DNA of 32,000 nt, from contig NC_018267.1 of the NCBI RefSeq assembly GCF_000306885.1, positions 30,001 to 62,000 on the forward strand, read 5' to 3'. The stretch is from Wolbachia endosymbiont of Onchocerca ochengi (GTDB lineage: Bacteria > Pseudomonadota > Alphaproteobacteria > Rickettsiales > Anaplasmataceae). Shown here in pieces: positions 1 through 11,012 of this stretch; positions within the stretch are counted from its first letter, which is position 1, and each line of letters starts with the position of its first letter. The notes under the pieces are model-generated. The model was not told the origin of the DNA. It did no database searches and was given only the letters and a program-made list of their open reading frames with translations. A program made the translations under genes and the position numbers.

Positions 1-1
1 A

Positions 2-973
2 TGCGGAATCTCATCTTTCAATACACATAACGAAATTATTACAGCTAATCATGAAATTTCTGACCGAGACATAAAACGTGTAGTCTCTCAAACATTTGAG
101 AAATACATTGAAGAAAACATTATCATTCACAATATACCACTGAAATATCAATTAGACGACATGACTGATATAAAGGAGGTCAGTGGTTTATATGGGAAAA
201 AACTATCTGCTGACATGAATGTTGTTACTGCTTCGCGTCCGGCACTTACCAACATTGAAAATTGTATAATCAATAATGACGGAATAAGTATGGCTGGTTG
301 TGTTGCTTCTGCGTATTCTGCTGGTTTTGCTTGTCTAAGTGAAGATGAAAAAGAGCTCGGAACTGCTATTGTTGATATAGGGGGTGGATATACTGCAGTC
401 GGAATTTTCAAGCGAGGCAAGCCCATATATGCAAGCAGTATTCCAATCGGCGGTGTTCATATCACTCGAGATATAGCTTATGGGCTATGCACAAGTATAG
501 AATATGCAGAACGTATAAAAATATTGTATGGTAACACTATTATAACCTCAATAGATAAAAACGAATATATTACAGTGCAAAATAATGAAAATGATGAACC
601 AATTCAAGTGCCCAAGTACAAACTTGTTGATATCGTAAGACCAAGAGTTGAAGAAATACTCGAACTAGTAAAAGAGCAATTTCAAGAACAGAAAAACCTA
701 ATTAATAAAGTAATCATCACAGGAGGAACAAGTCAGCTCACAAGCATGAAAGAGATTGCAAGCTACGTATTCAATAAACAAGTCCGTATTGGGTATCCTG
801 AATCTTGTAATGGTCTCGAAGATGAATACAATAAAAATCCCATATTTTCTGCTGCTATAGGTTCCATAAAACTTATAATTGACACTTTTTACAAAAATAA
901 TGCTAGAATGCTCAATCACGATAGTAAAATAGGTAAATTATACCACTGGGTAAAATCAAAGATTACAGCTTAG
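2..973 (+). CDS. ftsA: Cell division protein FtsA, 5' end cut by window edge
   Basis: Frame 2 is open from nt 2 to TAG 971-973. The listed ORF 161..973 is only the part after an internal Met. Actin/HSP70-fold motifs VDIGGGYT and IITGGTSQL are typical of FtsA. Confidence 0.85.
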   Translation, partial: CGISSFNTHNEIITANHEISDRDIKRVVSQTFEKYIEENIIIHNIPLKYQLDDMTDIKEVSGLYGKKLSADMNVVTASRPALTNIENCIINNDGISMAGCVASAYSAGFACLSEDEKELGTAIVDIGGGYTAVGIFKRGKPIYASSIPIGGVHITRDIAYGLCTSIEYAERIKILYGNTIITSIDKNEYITVQNNENDEPIQVPKYKLVDIVRPRVEEILELVKEQFQEQKNLINKVIITGGTSQLTSMKEIASYVFNKQVRIGYPESCNGLEDEYNKNPIFSAAIGSIKLIIDTFYKNNARMLNHDSKIGKLYHWVKSKITA

Positions 974-1394
974 TGACCTTATCAAGAGAAAGTGAAGAGA
1001 AAGATAACTCGCTTCATAGAAAGGCATATACCATTGCTACATGCAATGATATGATATAATAATTAGAACTTTAACCTAAAAGTAGTGACCACAATCAATG
1101 CACTAACTTCACCTAGAACGCCAAACGACTCACTTTATTTCTAACTTTTCCTTCAACAAAACTTTTGGCTTTATTAACAATCCTTTCTATACGTAGTGCT
1201 TTTTTAATGTTTCATAATGTTGTAAGAAAATTCCATAATTTTTATCATCTATTCAAAGATTAGTATAATCACCTCTCGCTTTCACATAATAAAATTAAGA
1301 TAAAAAATTATTATTTTAAGGTATTGATATATCAATAAAGTCAATAGTAAACTGAAAAATTCTGATTATAATTTACCTTGAGGCTTTTAAATTT

Positions 1395-2720
1395 ATGCTG
1401 AAAATCACTATAGTAGGACTGCCAAACACTGGCAAGTCAACCTTATTTAATAGGCTGGTGGGAAGAAAAGCAGCAGTAGTTAGCAACATTCCAGGAGTAA
1501 CAAGAGACAGACGTGAAGAAGCTGGAAGAATTAGTGATTTGGAATTTAAAGTTATAGATACAGGAGGATGGAACGACCGAACTAACTTTTCATTACAAGT
1601 TATTGAACAAATCGAATTTTCCTTATCTGATTCAGACATAATTTTCTTTCTTGTTGACGCAAAAGTGCAAGATGAGCAAAATAAAAAGTTTGCAAAATGG
1701 CTGAAAAGAAAAACAAATAAACCTGTAATACTCATAGCAAATAAATGCGAGAGTCATAAATCTGAAAATGTTGATTATCTGCAATTTTTTGATTTCATAG
1801 GTCCAGTATATATTTCAGCCGAACACAATCTTGGCATGGTTGATCTTTATAATACTCTATCTAGTGCTATTAAAAATTTAGATCAAGGCACCAAACTATT
1901 GGTTGACAAGTTCAGTAAGTTTAGAATCGCAATAATTGGCCGCTCGAATGTCGGGAAGTCAACCTTTCTAAACAGTTTACTCTCAGAAAACAGACTAATA
2001 ACAAGTTCAGAACCAAGAACTACACGTGATTCTGTGGATATTATATATAATTATAACGGAAAATTAATCACTCTCATCGATACCGCAGGGATCGACAAAA
2101 AAATGAATATTGTAGACAACTTAGAATCAAGATTCATTAAGAAAAGCATAGAATCAATAAAACGTTCTCATGTAGTAATTTTAATGCTAGACTCCATTAT
2201 GGGTATTGAACAACAGAATTTATCAATTGGTGAGAATGCAATCAAAGAAGGAAAAGGAATTATCATTGTTTTAAATAAATGGGATTTAATAAATAAAGAT
2301 GATAGGAGTAAATTAATAAAATTTATAGAGCAACAGAAAGTAACAAGGTTATCTTTGGAAGTGTCAGTGATAACGATTTCTGCATTAAAAGGTATGTATT
2401 GTAGTAATGTGATAGATAAATGCCTTGAAGTAAACCAATTCTTAAACAAAAAAATTAGCACAGCGAAACTGAATAAGTGGCTAATTAGTGCTTTAGATAA
2501 TCATCCTCACCCACTTGTAAAAGGTAGAGCAATTAAAATGAAGTATATCGCCCAAACTGGTACTAAACCTCCTGCTTTTTCTTTAATATGTAACATACCT
2601 AAAAGTGTTGATGAGAGTTATAAACGCTATTTAACTAACGATCTCAGAAAAAGTTTCTTTACTAAAGGCGTACCAGTCAGGTTACTTTTAAAAAAGAATA
2701 AAAATCCTTATGCAAAATAA
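1395..2720 (+). CDS. der: Ribosome-associated GTPase Der/EngA (tandem GTPase domains)
   Basis: 441 aa. Two P-loops (GLPNTGKST, GRSNVGKST), two DTAG/DTGG motifs, NKCE/NKWD G4 motifs and a C-terminal KH-like tail. ATG at 1395. Confidence 0.92.
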   Translation: MLKITIVGLPNTGKSTLFNRLVGRKAAVVSNIPGVTRDRREEAGRISDLEFKVIDTGGWNDRTNFSLQVIEQIEFSLSDSDIIFFLVDAKVQDEQNKKFAKWLKRKTNKPVILIANKCESHKSENVDYLQFFDFIGPVYISAEHNLGMVDLYNTLSSAIKNLDQGTKLLVDKFSKFRIAIIGRSNVGKSTFLNSLLSENRLITSSEPRTTRDSVDIIYNYNGKLITLIDTAGIDKKMNIVDNLESRFIKKSIESIKRSHVVILMLDSIMGIEQQNLSIGENAIKEGKGIIIVLNKWDLINKDDRSKLIKFIEQQKVTRLSLEVSVITISALKGMYCSNVIDKCLEVNQFLNKKISTAKLNKWLISALDNHPHPLVKGRAIKMKYIAQTGTKPPAFSLICNIPKSVDESYKRYLTNDLRKSFFTKGVPVRLLLKKNKNPYAK

Positions 2721-2770
2721 GGATTTTGCTTTACTCTTTTAGAGCTCTTTATAATAATTCATTTTAAATT

Positions 2771-3259
2771 ATGCATAATAACTCTAGAGTTTCTATAATT
2801 TTTTTGTTATCAAGTACTTTTGCTCTAATTTTTGCATATGTGCTAGAGTATTTTTTTAATATGCTGCCATGCAAACTATGTATATATGAGCGGATAGTTT
2901 ACTATATTACAGGGTTACTCGTAGTGGTGCATATGCTCAAAAAAAACAAAATTCTAATTTATGCAATGTTTTGTAGCTATTTTATAGGCACAGTAATATC
3001 TTTTTACCATATAGGTCTTGAATTACATTTATTTTATGACATTTTAGGCTGTACAGAACAAGTAGTAGGTGATAATGTTAGCATAGAAGAGCTTAGAAAT
3101 AAGCTATTAAATCCTAATTACTCTCCATCTTGTGACAGACCTAGTTATATTCTAGGTGTTTCCGTAGCAACATGGAATCTTATTTATCTTATAGCAGCTC
3201 TATTTCTATCAAGGAGAATGTATTATGGAGGAAAAAGAAATCTTAAAGTGCAACAGTAA
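2771..3259 (+). CDS. dsbB: Disulfide bond formation protein DsbB-like membrane protein
   Basis: 162 aa with four hydrophobic segments. CKLC (CxxC) follows TM1 and a second Cys pair lies in the later loop (GCTEQ...PSCD). Confidence 0.7.
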   Translation: MHNNSRVSIIFLLSSTFALIFAYVLEYFFNMLPCKLCIYERIVYYITGLLVVVHMLKKNKILIYAMFCSYFIGTVISFYHIGLELHLFYDILGCTEQVVGDNVSIEELRNKLLNPNYSPSCDRPSYILGVSVATWNLIYLIAALFLSRRMYYGGKRNLKVQQ

Positions 3260-3507
3260 TGAGTTTACAGACTGATCTTACCCAGAAAGAGCAAAGAGAA
3301 AGAAGAGTAAAATGTTTTTTATAAAAGAGCATCTATTATAAAGTACATAGGAAGTATGTAGAGTTCTGAAGTAGCTGTGAGTTGCAAGAAGAATAAGCAG
3401 TAGTGGATCGATTCACAAGAACAAAAAATAAAATCAGCACTAACAAAAGTCTTATTACCTTTAAAAGTATGTTATTTAATATGGTTTGAATTACCTTAAA
3501 TAAACTT

Positions 3508-4119
3508 ATGTGGCGCATAACCTTGTTATTTATATTACAGGTAACACTAGTAAGTTGTGGTCTACAAAAACCTTCGCCTGTACTATTTAAAGGCGAAGAA
3601 TTTTACGGGAAAAGAGACCTAGAATATACAAGAGAGTACCATCTCATCAAGAATGATACTGATTCAACAAGAAAAGAAAATAGAAAGACCACTATAAATA
3701 GAATATATAGAGATAAGAATGATGCACAAAACGTGAAAATCAATGAGTCAAACTATAAATTTACAATGCCAGTAAAAGGTACTACTGTCTTTTCTGATAA
3801 GACATGCAAAGATGGAGTAAAAATCGTTGCTCAAAGCGGGACAAATGTAGTTGCTTCTGCACCTGGTAAAATAATATATGTAGGCAAAGGACTTAGGTGG
3901 TATGGAAACTTAATTATAATGGAACACAAAAATAATTACATAACTGTATATTCCTATTTGAAAAATATACATGTTAAAATTGGTGATAAAGTAAAACAAG
4001 GACAAGTTATTGGGTCTGCAGGCAAATCAAGTACACAAGATAAAGATCCACAAATGTGCTTTACAATAAGGCGCAATGGTCAAGCGATTGATCCTTCGTT
4101 GCATATGAACTGTGATTAA
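3508..4119 (+). CDS. Lipoprotein with degenerate LytM/M23 peptidase domain (NlpD/EnvC-like)
   Basis: 203 aa. Signal peptide with lipobox LVSC (Cys17). The C-terminal half aligns by eye to the M23 fold (GTNVVASAPGKIIYVG, YGNLIIMEH, KQGQVIGSAG). Confidence 0.8.
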   Translation: MWRITLLFILQVTLVSCGLQKPSPVLFKGEEFYGKRDLEYTREYHLIKNDTDSTRKENRKTTINRIYRDKNDAQNVKINESNYKFTMPVKGTTVFSDKTCKDGVKIVAQSGTNVVASAPGKIIYVGKGLRWYGNLIIMEHKNNYITVYSYLKNIHVKIGDKVKQGQVIGSAGKSSTQDKDPQMCFTIRRNGQAIDPSLHMNCD

Positions 4120-4131
4120 ATTTGGATTTAT

Positions 4132-6672
4132 ATGAAATATGATTTTAAAACCGTTGAAAAATTTTATCAAAATAAGTGGAATTTCTCTGTAAGCAAGAAT
4201 AGCAAACGAGATAAATGTTATGTGTTGGAAATGTTTCCATATCCATCTGGCAAAATTCATATGGGACACTTGCGTAACTATACAATAGGAGATGTAATAG
4301 CACGTTATAAGAGAGCGCGTGGATTTGAGGTTTTGCACCCAATTGGCTGGGATGCATTTGGATTACCAGCTGAAAATGCAGCAAGGGAGAACAATATTAA
4401 CCCCGCAATTTGGACAAAAGAGAATATAGATAATATGCGTATGCAACTGAAATCTATAGGTCTTTCCTATAATTGGGAGCGTGAACTCTCCACGTGTGAG
4501 CCTGATTATTGTAAACATGAGCAAAAACTTTTTTTAGATCTTTTAAGGCATGGGCTTGCTTACCGAAAAGAGTCATGGGTTAACTGGGATCCAGTAGACC
4601 AAACAGTACTTGCGAATGAACAGGTAATCGATGGAAAAGGCTGGCGTTCAGGTGCAATTGTTGAAAAACGTAAGTTAACCCAGTGGTTTTTAAAGATTAC
4701 TGATTTTGCTGAAGATTTGCTCAAGTGCTTGCAAAATTTAAAGAATTGGCCAGAAAAAGTAAAAACAATGCAAGAAAGTTGGATAGGAAAATCTAAAGGC
4801 ATCACTATAGAATTTGAAATAATCGGTTTAAACAAAAAATTGAAAATCTTTACAATTCACCCTCACACTTTATTTGGAGCTTCCTTTTGTGCAGTGGCAG
4901 CAGAGCACCCTATTATAAAGAATTTCAAAAACAAAAAAATACAAGATTTTGTCGATAATCTGAAAATAAAGGGGAAAAATGACGAAAAAATTGGAATTTA
5001 CACTGGATTAAATGTCAAACATCCATTTCTTGATAGGGAGTTGCCACTCTATGTAGCGAATTTTATATTGACAGAATATGGAGAAGGTGCAATTTTTGGG
5101 TGTCCTGCACATGATCAGCGTGATCTTGAATTTGCACAAAAATATGATTTACCAATCATTCCTGTAATTTGTGAAGAAGGAACACAAAATATAGATTCTT
5201 TAAAAAAAACATGTATCAATGATGGAGTGATGTTTAATTCTGAATTTTTAAATGGATTGACGGCTAGTAAAGCAAAAGAAGTAGTCATCAAAAAGCTTGA
5301 AGAAAAAGGAATAGGTAAAAAAACTGTAAACTATCGCTTACATGACTGGGGAATCTCAAGGCAACGTTATTGGGGATGCCCTATACCTATTATATATTGT
5401 AAAGATTGTGGTACTATTCCAGTACCAGAAAAAGACCTTCCTGTAACTTTACCACCGGACGTAGAATTTACAAGCGGTGGCAATCCACTTGATAAACACC
5501 CAACATGGAAATTTGTTGACTGCCCAAAATGTGGAAAACAAGTGGAGCGTGAAACTGATACATTTGACACTTTTTTTGAATCTTCTTGGTATTTTGCTGC
5601 ATTTTGTAGTGAAGATAAGTTTATCAATAAGGATGCTTGCAACCGTTTTATGCCTGTCGATTATTATATAGGTGGAATAGAACATGCAATCTTGCACCTG
5701 CTTTACTCACGATTTTTCTGCCGCGCTTTAACTAGATGTGGTTATTTTGACATTAAGGAACCTTTCTCTACCTTAATCACTCAAGGAATGGTTTGTCATA
5801 CAACTTATAAAGATGAAAATGGTAAATGGCTATTTCCTGAAGAAGCAAAAGAATTAGTAGCACTAGGTTTAAAAATCCAAGTTGGTAAGGTCGAGAAGAT
5901 GAGCAAATCGAAAAGGAATACAGTTGATCCAAATTTTATCATAAGAAAATACGGTGCAGATACTGCCCGTTTGTTTGTATTGTCTGACACTCCTCCAGAA
6001 AAAGACATAGAATGGTCAGACAACGGTATAGAAGGCTGCTTCCGCTATATAAATAAATTATGGCGTATGGTAATGCAATTCAAACCTATTGTTATCCAAA
6101 ATCAATCCCCTACCATCCAAGTAGCCGACACCGAGATCAAAAAAGGAAATATGTTATCACATACTGAAATAACACCAGATAAAAATGTTACAAATAAACT
6201 TTTAGAGTATAGAAAGAAAATGCACAAACTCTTACACGGGCTTACAGATGACTTAGAAACCTGCAAATTAAATTGTGCAGTGGCAAAATTCCGTGAGATG
6301 ACGAACTTAATAGCCGAAATAGATATAAAGAACGGAAAATCACTCATTGATGAAAGTATATGCACCCTAATCAGAGTAATCGAACCGTTTATACCACACT
6401 TAGCCGAAAGCCTATGGCAAGAAATAGGGGGTGAAGGCATGCTATATCTACAGCCTTGGCCAGAAGTTGCTAAGTCACTACTGATTGATAACGTAGTAAC
6501 TGTAGCAGTGCAAATCAACGGGAAATTGAGTACAATAATTGAGGTAGCAATTAATCTGCCTAAAGAAGAATTGAAGAAAATAGCAATGAGTTCTGTATCC
6601 AATAAGATAGATCAAAACAAAGTTCGAACTATATATACTGTACCAAACAAAATAGTAAACATAGTTGTGTAA
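4132..6672 (+). CDS. leuS: Leucyl-tRNA synthetase
   Basis: 846 aa. Class I HIGH-type motif ([15 protein letters not shown]), KMSKS motif ([10 protein letters not shown]) and a zinc-finger-like CP region (CKDCG...CPKCG). Confidence 0.95.
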   Translation: MKYDFKTVEKFYQNKWNFSVSKNSKRDKCYVLEMFPYPSGKIHMGHLRNYTIGDVIARYKRARGFEVLHPIGWDAFGLPAENAARENNINPAIWTKENIDNMRMQLKSIGLSYNWERELSTCEPDYCKHEQKLFLDLLRHGLAYRKESWVNWDPVDQTVLANEQVIDGKGWRSGAIVEKRKLTQWFLKITDFAEDLLKCLQNLKNWPEKVKTMQESWIGKSKGITIEFEIIGLNKKLKIFTIHPHTLFGASFCAVAAEHPIIKNFKNKKIQDFVDNLKIKGKNDEKIGIYTGLNVKHPFLDRELPLYVANFILTEYGEGAIFGCPAHDQRDLEFAQKYDLPIIPVICEEGTQNIDSLKKTCINDGVMFNSEFLNGLTASKAKEVVIKKLEEKGIGKKTVNYRLHDWGISRQRYWGCPIPIIYCKDCGTIPVPEKDLPVTLPPDVEFTSGGNPLDKHPTWKFVDCPKCGKQVERETDTFDTFFESSWYFAAFCSEDKFINKDACNRFMPVDYYIGGIEHAILHLLYSRFFCRALTRCGYFDIKEPFSTLITQGMVCHTTYKDENGKWLFPEEAKELVALGLKIQVGKVEKMSKSKRNTVDPNFIIRKYGADTARLFVLSDTPPEKDIEWSDNGIEGCFRYINKLWRMVMQFKPIVIQNQSPTIQVADTEIKKGNMLSHTEITPDKNVTNKLLEYRKKMHKLLHGLTDDLETCKLNCAVAKFREMTNLIAEIDIKNGKSLIDESICTLIRVIEPFIPHLAESLWQEIGGEGMLYLQPWPEVAKSLLIDNVVTVAVQINGKLSTIIEVAINLPKEELKKIAMSSVSNKIDQNKVRTIYTVPNKIVNIVV

Positions 6673-8443
6673 AAATCTGAGTAGTGCATCTTTAATTCTA
6701 TAATTATATTTCTTAATATAAGAAAATATGTACTTGTGCATTGTATACATTTTCCCCCGTATAAGAACATATATGAAAATGAAGAGATTACGCACTTTAG
6801 CTATGTTGCTCACCTTATCTTTAGCAAATAGCTAACAACGTAGTAATTGATTTAGAAGGTCAATACCCTCTATACAGGTTTAAACTTTAGTGCTAAATAG
6901 AGTAATAATCTTATTACGAAATCCAACGTTATTTTTGGTCAGATTATAACAAAAATCCCAGCTCGAACTTAAAGTTCTTAGTAAGGTTTAATCACTAAAG
7001 AATATATGGGCTAGATTATTAGCAAACTATCCTTACTATTTTAACCCAATACTAACCCGAGATTTCATGTTGGTACAGGTTCAATAAGTAAATCTCCAAA
7101 TAAATATCCTTTTTTTAGTATCACTGAAGATATACCAGAGCCACAAAAAATGAGAAGCACTCTTAGTGACATGCTTGATCTTGTTAAAGACCTAATTACA
7201 GACTAAAAAAAAAGAAAAGAATATAAAAAGTCACCAATAAAAAAAGAACTGAAACCTATACGGCGAAAGGTAAAACAAAAAATCATCAGTAAAAGAAAAG
7301 TAAAACCACTAGCGGGAGAAAAAACAAAGCCTACAATAACGAAAAAATAACAAGCGTAACAATAGATGAGAAAGAAATGCTACCCTCTGGTGGACAAAAT
7401 ACTGAATTCTATTCTTAGAAACTGAAAGTTAATGTTGATTTTACAAAATTACTCAGCAGGTAGTTACACAATTGGTATTACTGCAAATAAGTGATTTAAA
7501 AGCGAAACATATACTATGGGTAACAATGCAACTTTTTGGATAATTAAAATATTTATTCAATATTTATGTGCAATCTAAAAAATGTTTGACTATGGACAAA
7601 GTTATGCACGAATTAAAATAATCTTACCAAAAAAAATAAAGGAAAAATTTAGAATAGTTTCTTATAAAAAGAATGACCAATCAAAATATTCAGAAATATA
7701 TTAGCTAATAGTGGAATATCCATGCTTAATTTAGCAATAAAGGTTTCTATATATTTAAAATAACAGTTCCAATACTCTTTTTAGAGTATTTAGAACTAAA
7801 CCATCGGGTTTTGAAAACAAAAGAGCAAGAATACTAACGGCCTATAATTTCAACATCCACAATAGAAAAACTAATGTTTACTGAATTTAAGCAAATAGCC
7901 TATCTGAAAATCTAATCCAGATTTACGTTATGAAAACATATAATAACGGCACATTTTGCTTATCAAAAACACTACTATTTAGCAAACTAGCGGCAGCAAC
8001 TGCGCTTTACTAAGTAAAACCTTATAAATACAACTTAAGAATAAGTACCAATAAGATCCTGCTAGTAGATTATAGCTATATACCTTGAGAGCCTGAATAA
8101 CTTTAATGCTCAACATCAACTTTAATCATAAGCTTTTCCTTGTTCTTTTGCTCCTTCTACAACTACATGTTGTTCCCTATGAAGATTATCCCGTTTTGAA
8201 CTACTTTTATTTTCAGTACCTTAAGTTTCTTTTTAAAAATATCAAGGTTACTCCTGAGCTACAAAATTTTACTCTACTTAAGAAACTTTCCCTTTTTTAG
8301 CCTATTCACAGCTTCTTCCTACCTATAATGCAGAATGAGAAGAAATTTAGCAGCTTCTGCTTTTTTTATATTTTTAGGAACTTATTTGTTAATGGGTTCC
8401 TTCTTACTTATTTCATGTACCATATATTCTTATCCAGCACACA

Positions 8444-8517
<74 letters not shown>

Positions 8518-8596
8518 TTCAAGTATATATACAATTATCAACGAATTTTCGTCAACTAATTTTTAAAATTATCAAAATACTACATAATAAAATAAT

Positions 8597-9050
8597 ATGA
8601 GAAAACTTCCATTGAAACCAAAAAAGACTTTAGGATAAAATTTTATTTTTATTAAGCGAAACAACAAAAAATAGTCCTTTTTAGCTGGTAGTCCGGAAGA
8701 TTTTAATATTATCAAAATTAGTTCTAAATATAATATCTTAACAAGAAAGATGCTAGCACATAAATCAAGAGTTCCTGATTGCTGTAGAAAGAAAGCTAAT
8801 ATAATACCTGATCAAAATTATTGCAACCTACCTTATAATTTTTCGGTAGCATTGTTTTAAAAGTGGTTAAATAATATAAAGTTCCCTACAAGTTTGACAT
8901 TAATGTTTCAGAAGAAGGCGGTAAGTTACATTATAACAAAACCCAATTCTAAAAATTATGGCTTTTTTCTATTGATACCAAACCAAGTAGCAACAAACAT
9001 TTGAAAAACTTAACTATAGAAAAATTTTGTTTACTAGCAAATGATACACA
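8597..9050 (+). pseudogene. rsmA: Decayed 16S rRNA dimethyladenosine transferase gene (ksgA/rsmA)
   Basis: From ATG 8597 the translation reads MRKLPLKPKKTLG*NFIF... with TAA at 8636-8638 where LGQNF is expected. Later come ..CNLPYNFSVALF*KWLNNIKF..LTLMFQKKAV..KPNSKNYGFF.. and a terminal ..KNLTIEKFCLLAN. Several stops, internal deletions, and the SAM-binding EIGPGxG motif reads KISSKYN. Confidence 0.7.
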
Positions 9051-9508
9051 AAAAGAACTATTTAATAGTCAGATGGCATATCAAATTGAGATATTACAAA
9101 TTAAATATAATTAATAAATTCTAAAACATAATTATTAATAATAGTTGACAACTTCAATAAACACTTCATTAATGAATCAACACTACAACAACGGAAAATG
9201 CCCTGTATCTTTGCCGAATTATAGTCGCTCTCACAAACTAAGTAGTATAGCTTAAGCTTACCATATTCTAGCTATGTTAAAATGACTCCCAAAAAGATTT
9301 ATCTATCAATAAAATTGAATTTGATTGTGAAAGTGATAACCCTACTATAAATGTAACTTTAGATCCAGAATACAGAAAATATTCAAGTTATCAAAAAAAG
9401 TGAGTAAAAAAGACTGTACTACAGAGTATATATCAATCTTAAACCTTGACTTTACTTTATAGAATTCATACTTTACTTACTGATGTATTTTAAGTTTTTT
9501 TAATAAAA

Positions 9509-10234
9509 ATGGCATTAAATCCGCTAGAACAATTTAAAATATATACAATAATAGAGTTACCTAGATTATTCGGGTACGACATAAGTTTTACCAACTCATC
9601 TCTTTTTATGATGATTTCAATAATATCAGTTGCACTTTTCTTGCTCTTAGGAGTAAAGCAGAAGTCAGTAATACCAGGATATTTACAAGCTGCAGTTGAG
9701 TGTGTATATGATTTTGTCATTTCAATAATAGAAAATAACACTGGAAGCAAAGGATTGAAGCATATTCCGTTGATATTCACAGCATTTATTTTCACTTTAT
9801 CGTGTAATTTAGTTGGTATCCTTCCCTACAGTTTTACAGTTACAAGCCATGTGATAGTTACTTTTGCCTTATCGACAATAGTTTTTATTTATACAACTGT
9901 TGTTGGATTCAAAGAAAGAGGAATAAAATTTCTACGTATTTTATTACCAGAAGGTACTCCATCATGGCTTGCTCTAATGATGGTTTTTATCAAGCTATTT
10001 GCTTACCTCTCAAGACCTATAAGTTTATCAATTAGGCTTGCTGCAAATATGATTGCAGGTCATACAATTATTAAGGTAATAGCAGGGTTTATTGTGAATA
10101 TGCATTTAGCTCTAACTCCTATACCGTTTTTGTTTATAATTGCCCTAATAGGGTTTGAAGTGTTTGTTGCAATTTTACAAGCCTATATATTCACCTCTTT
10201 AACATGTGTATACTTGTCAGATACAGTAAAGTAA
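9509..10234 (+). CDS. atpB: F0F1 ATP synthase subunit a
   Basis: 241 aa polytopic membrane protein with the conserved [13 protein letters not shown] motif. First gene of the a-c-b'-b cluster. Confidence 0.93.
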   Translation: MALNPLEQFKIYTIIELPRLFGYDISFTNSSLFMMISIISVALFLLLGVKQKSVIPGYLQAAVECVYDFVISIIENNTGSKGLKHIPLIFTAFIFTLSCNLVGILPYSFTVTSHVIVTFALSTIVFIYTTVVGFKERGIKFLRILLPEGTPSWLALMMVFIKLFAYLSRPISLSIRLAANMIAGHTIIKVIAGFIVNMHLALTPIPFLFIIALIGFEVFVAILQAYIFTSLTCVYLSDTVK

Positions 10235-10295
10235 TTGACTTTATCTTTAGAGCATTTTACAATTAATCCTACAAGGAAATGGTTGAAGGTAATAT

Positions 10296-10523
10296 ATGGA
10301 TTTAGTAGCTTTAAAGTTTATAGCAATCGGGTTAAGTGTACTTGGCATGCTTGGAGCTGGTACTGGTGTAGCAAATATATTTTCTACCATGCTAAATGGA
10401 CTCGCGAGAAACCCTGAATCAGAAGATAAGATGAAAAAATACGTCTATACAGGAGCAGCTTTAGTTGAAGCAATGGGGTTATTTGCATTTCTACTTGCAT
10501 TGCTATTAATATTCGTTGTCTAA
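10296..10523 (+). CDS. atpE: F0F1 ATP synthase subunit c
   Basis: 75 aa two-helix hairpin with the loop motif ARNPE and a carboxylate in helix 2 (ALVEAMGLF). GAAGG lies 6 nt upstream of the ATG. Confidence 0.92.
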   Translation: MDLVALKFIAIGLSVLGMLGAGTGVANIFSTMLNGLARNPESEDKMKKYVYTGAALVEAMGLFAFLLALLLIFVV

Positions 10524-10524
10524 T

Positions 10525-11004
10525 ATGCCGCAACTCGACGCTTCAACTTTCTTTTCTCAAGTTTTTTGGTTTTTAATTTTTTTCTCTTCGCTTTTTTTTA
10601 TAGTATGTCACTTATTTTTACCAAAGTTAGATGAAATAATAAACATCAGAAACAAGAAAGTATTGGATTCTTTTAATAGTTCTATTCGTCTTCTAGAACT
10701 TACAGAAAACCAGGTTACTAGGTACAACTTGGCTTTAAACAAAGCTAGAACACAGGCAAAAAAGGTTGTGAGCAATGCACTTGTTCAAGTAGAAGAAATG
10801 AGAGCAAGCGTAAAAAATATAATAGAAGAGGAAGATAAAAAAATAAATAAGCTTGTTGAAGAAAAAGTAGCAAAATTTAAATCTGAATATATCGATGAAT
10901 TAAAGCAAACAGCTATCGGTATCGCTTTAATTTACTACAATAAGTTAACTAATTCTGAAATTGAAGAGGAATTTGTTGCTAACTTGATATTCAAAGAATT
11001 TTAG
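10525..11004 (+). CDS. atpF: F0F1 ATP synthase subunit b'
   Basis: The MPQLD... N-terminus is typical of alphaproteobacterial b'. One TM segment followed by a long charged helix. ATG 10525 lies 1 nt after the atpE stop; the ORF track's TTG at 10516 is a less likely start. Confidence 0.82.
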   Translation: MPQLDASTFFSQVFWFLIFFSSLFFIVCHLFLPKLDEIINIRNKKVLDSFNSSIRLLELTENQVTRYNLALNKARTQAKKVVSNALVQVEEMRASVKNIIEEEDKKINKLVEEKVAKFKSEYIDELKQTAIGIALIYYNKLTNSEIEEEFVANLIFKEF

Positions 11005-11012
11005 AGGTTTTT

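Noticed and set aside
148-6602. Antisense or off-frame ORFs nested in ftsA, der, the LytM gene and leuS (148..426, 698..919, 1373..1735, 2168..2461, 4027..4338, 4145..4384, 4560..4835, 5367..5642, 5449..5697, 5477..5671, 5805..6023, 6102..6602)
   Set aside because: Each lies wholly inside a well-supported gene on the other strand or frame and shows low-complexity, Cys/Phe/Ser-rich translations with no motifs. These are typical shadow ORFs.
6478-6813. 111-aa minus-strand ORF spanning the leuS 3' end
   Set aside because: It overlaps the leuS stop region antisense. The translation is Tyr/Ile/Phe-rich, AT-driven noise with no recognisable domain.
8106-8300. 64-aa plus-strand ORF in the leuS-tRNA spacer
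   Set aside because: No RBS, a leucine-run low-complexity translation, and embedded in a tract with stops in all frames. More likely a chance ORF or part of an eroded gene.
8328-8366. Hairpin GCAGAA...TTCTGC followed by T7 upstream of tRNA-Thr, terminator-like on the plus strand
   Set aside because: No intact plus-strand gene ends here, and the stem is short with a long loop. At most it is a fossil terminator of the eroded upstream gene.
9447-9475. TTGACT ...17 nt... TACTTT as a promoter for the atp operon
   Set aside because: The -10 matches only 3 of 6 positions in extremely AT-rich DNA, where such matches arise by chance. Not reported as a feature.
9490-9795. 101-aa minus-strand ORF
   Set aside because: Antisense to the 5' part of atpB, which is unambiguous.
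10235-10417. 60-aa ORF between atpB and atpE
   Set aside because: It overlaps atpE out of frame. atpE has the conserved c-subunit sequence and its own SD, and this ORF has neither.
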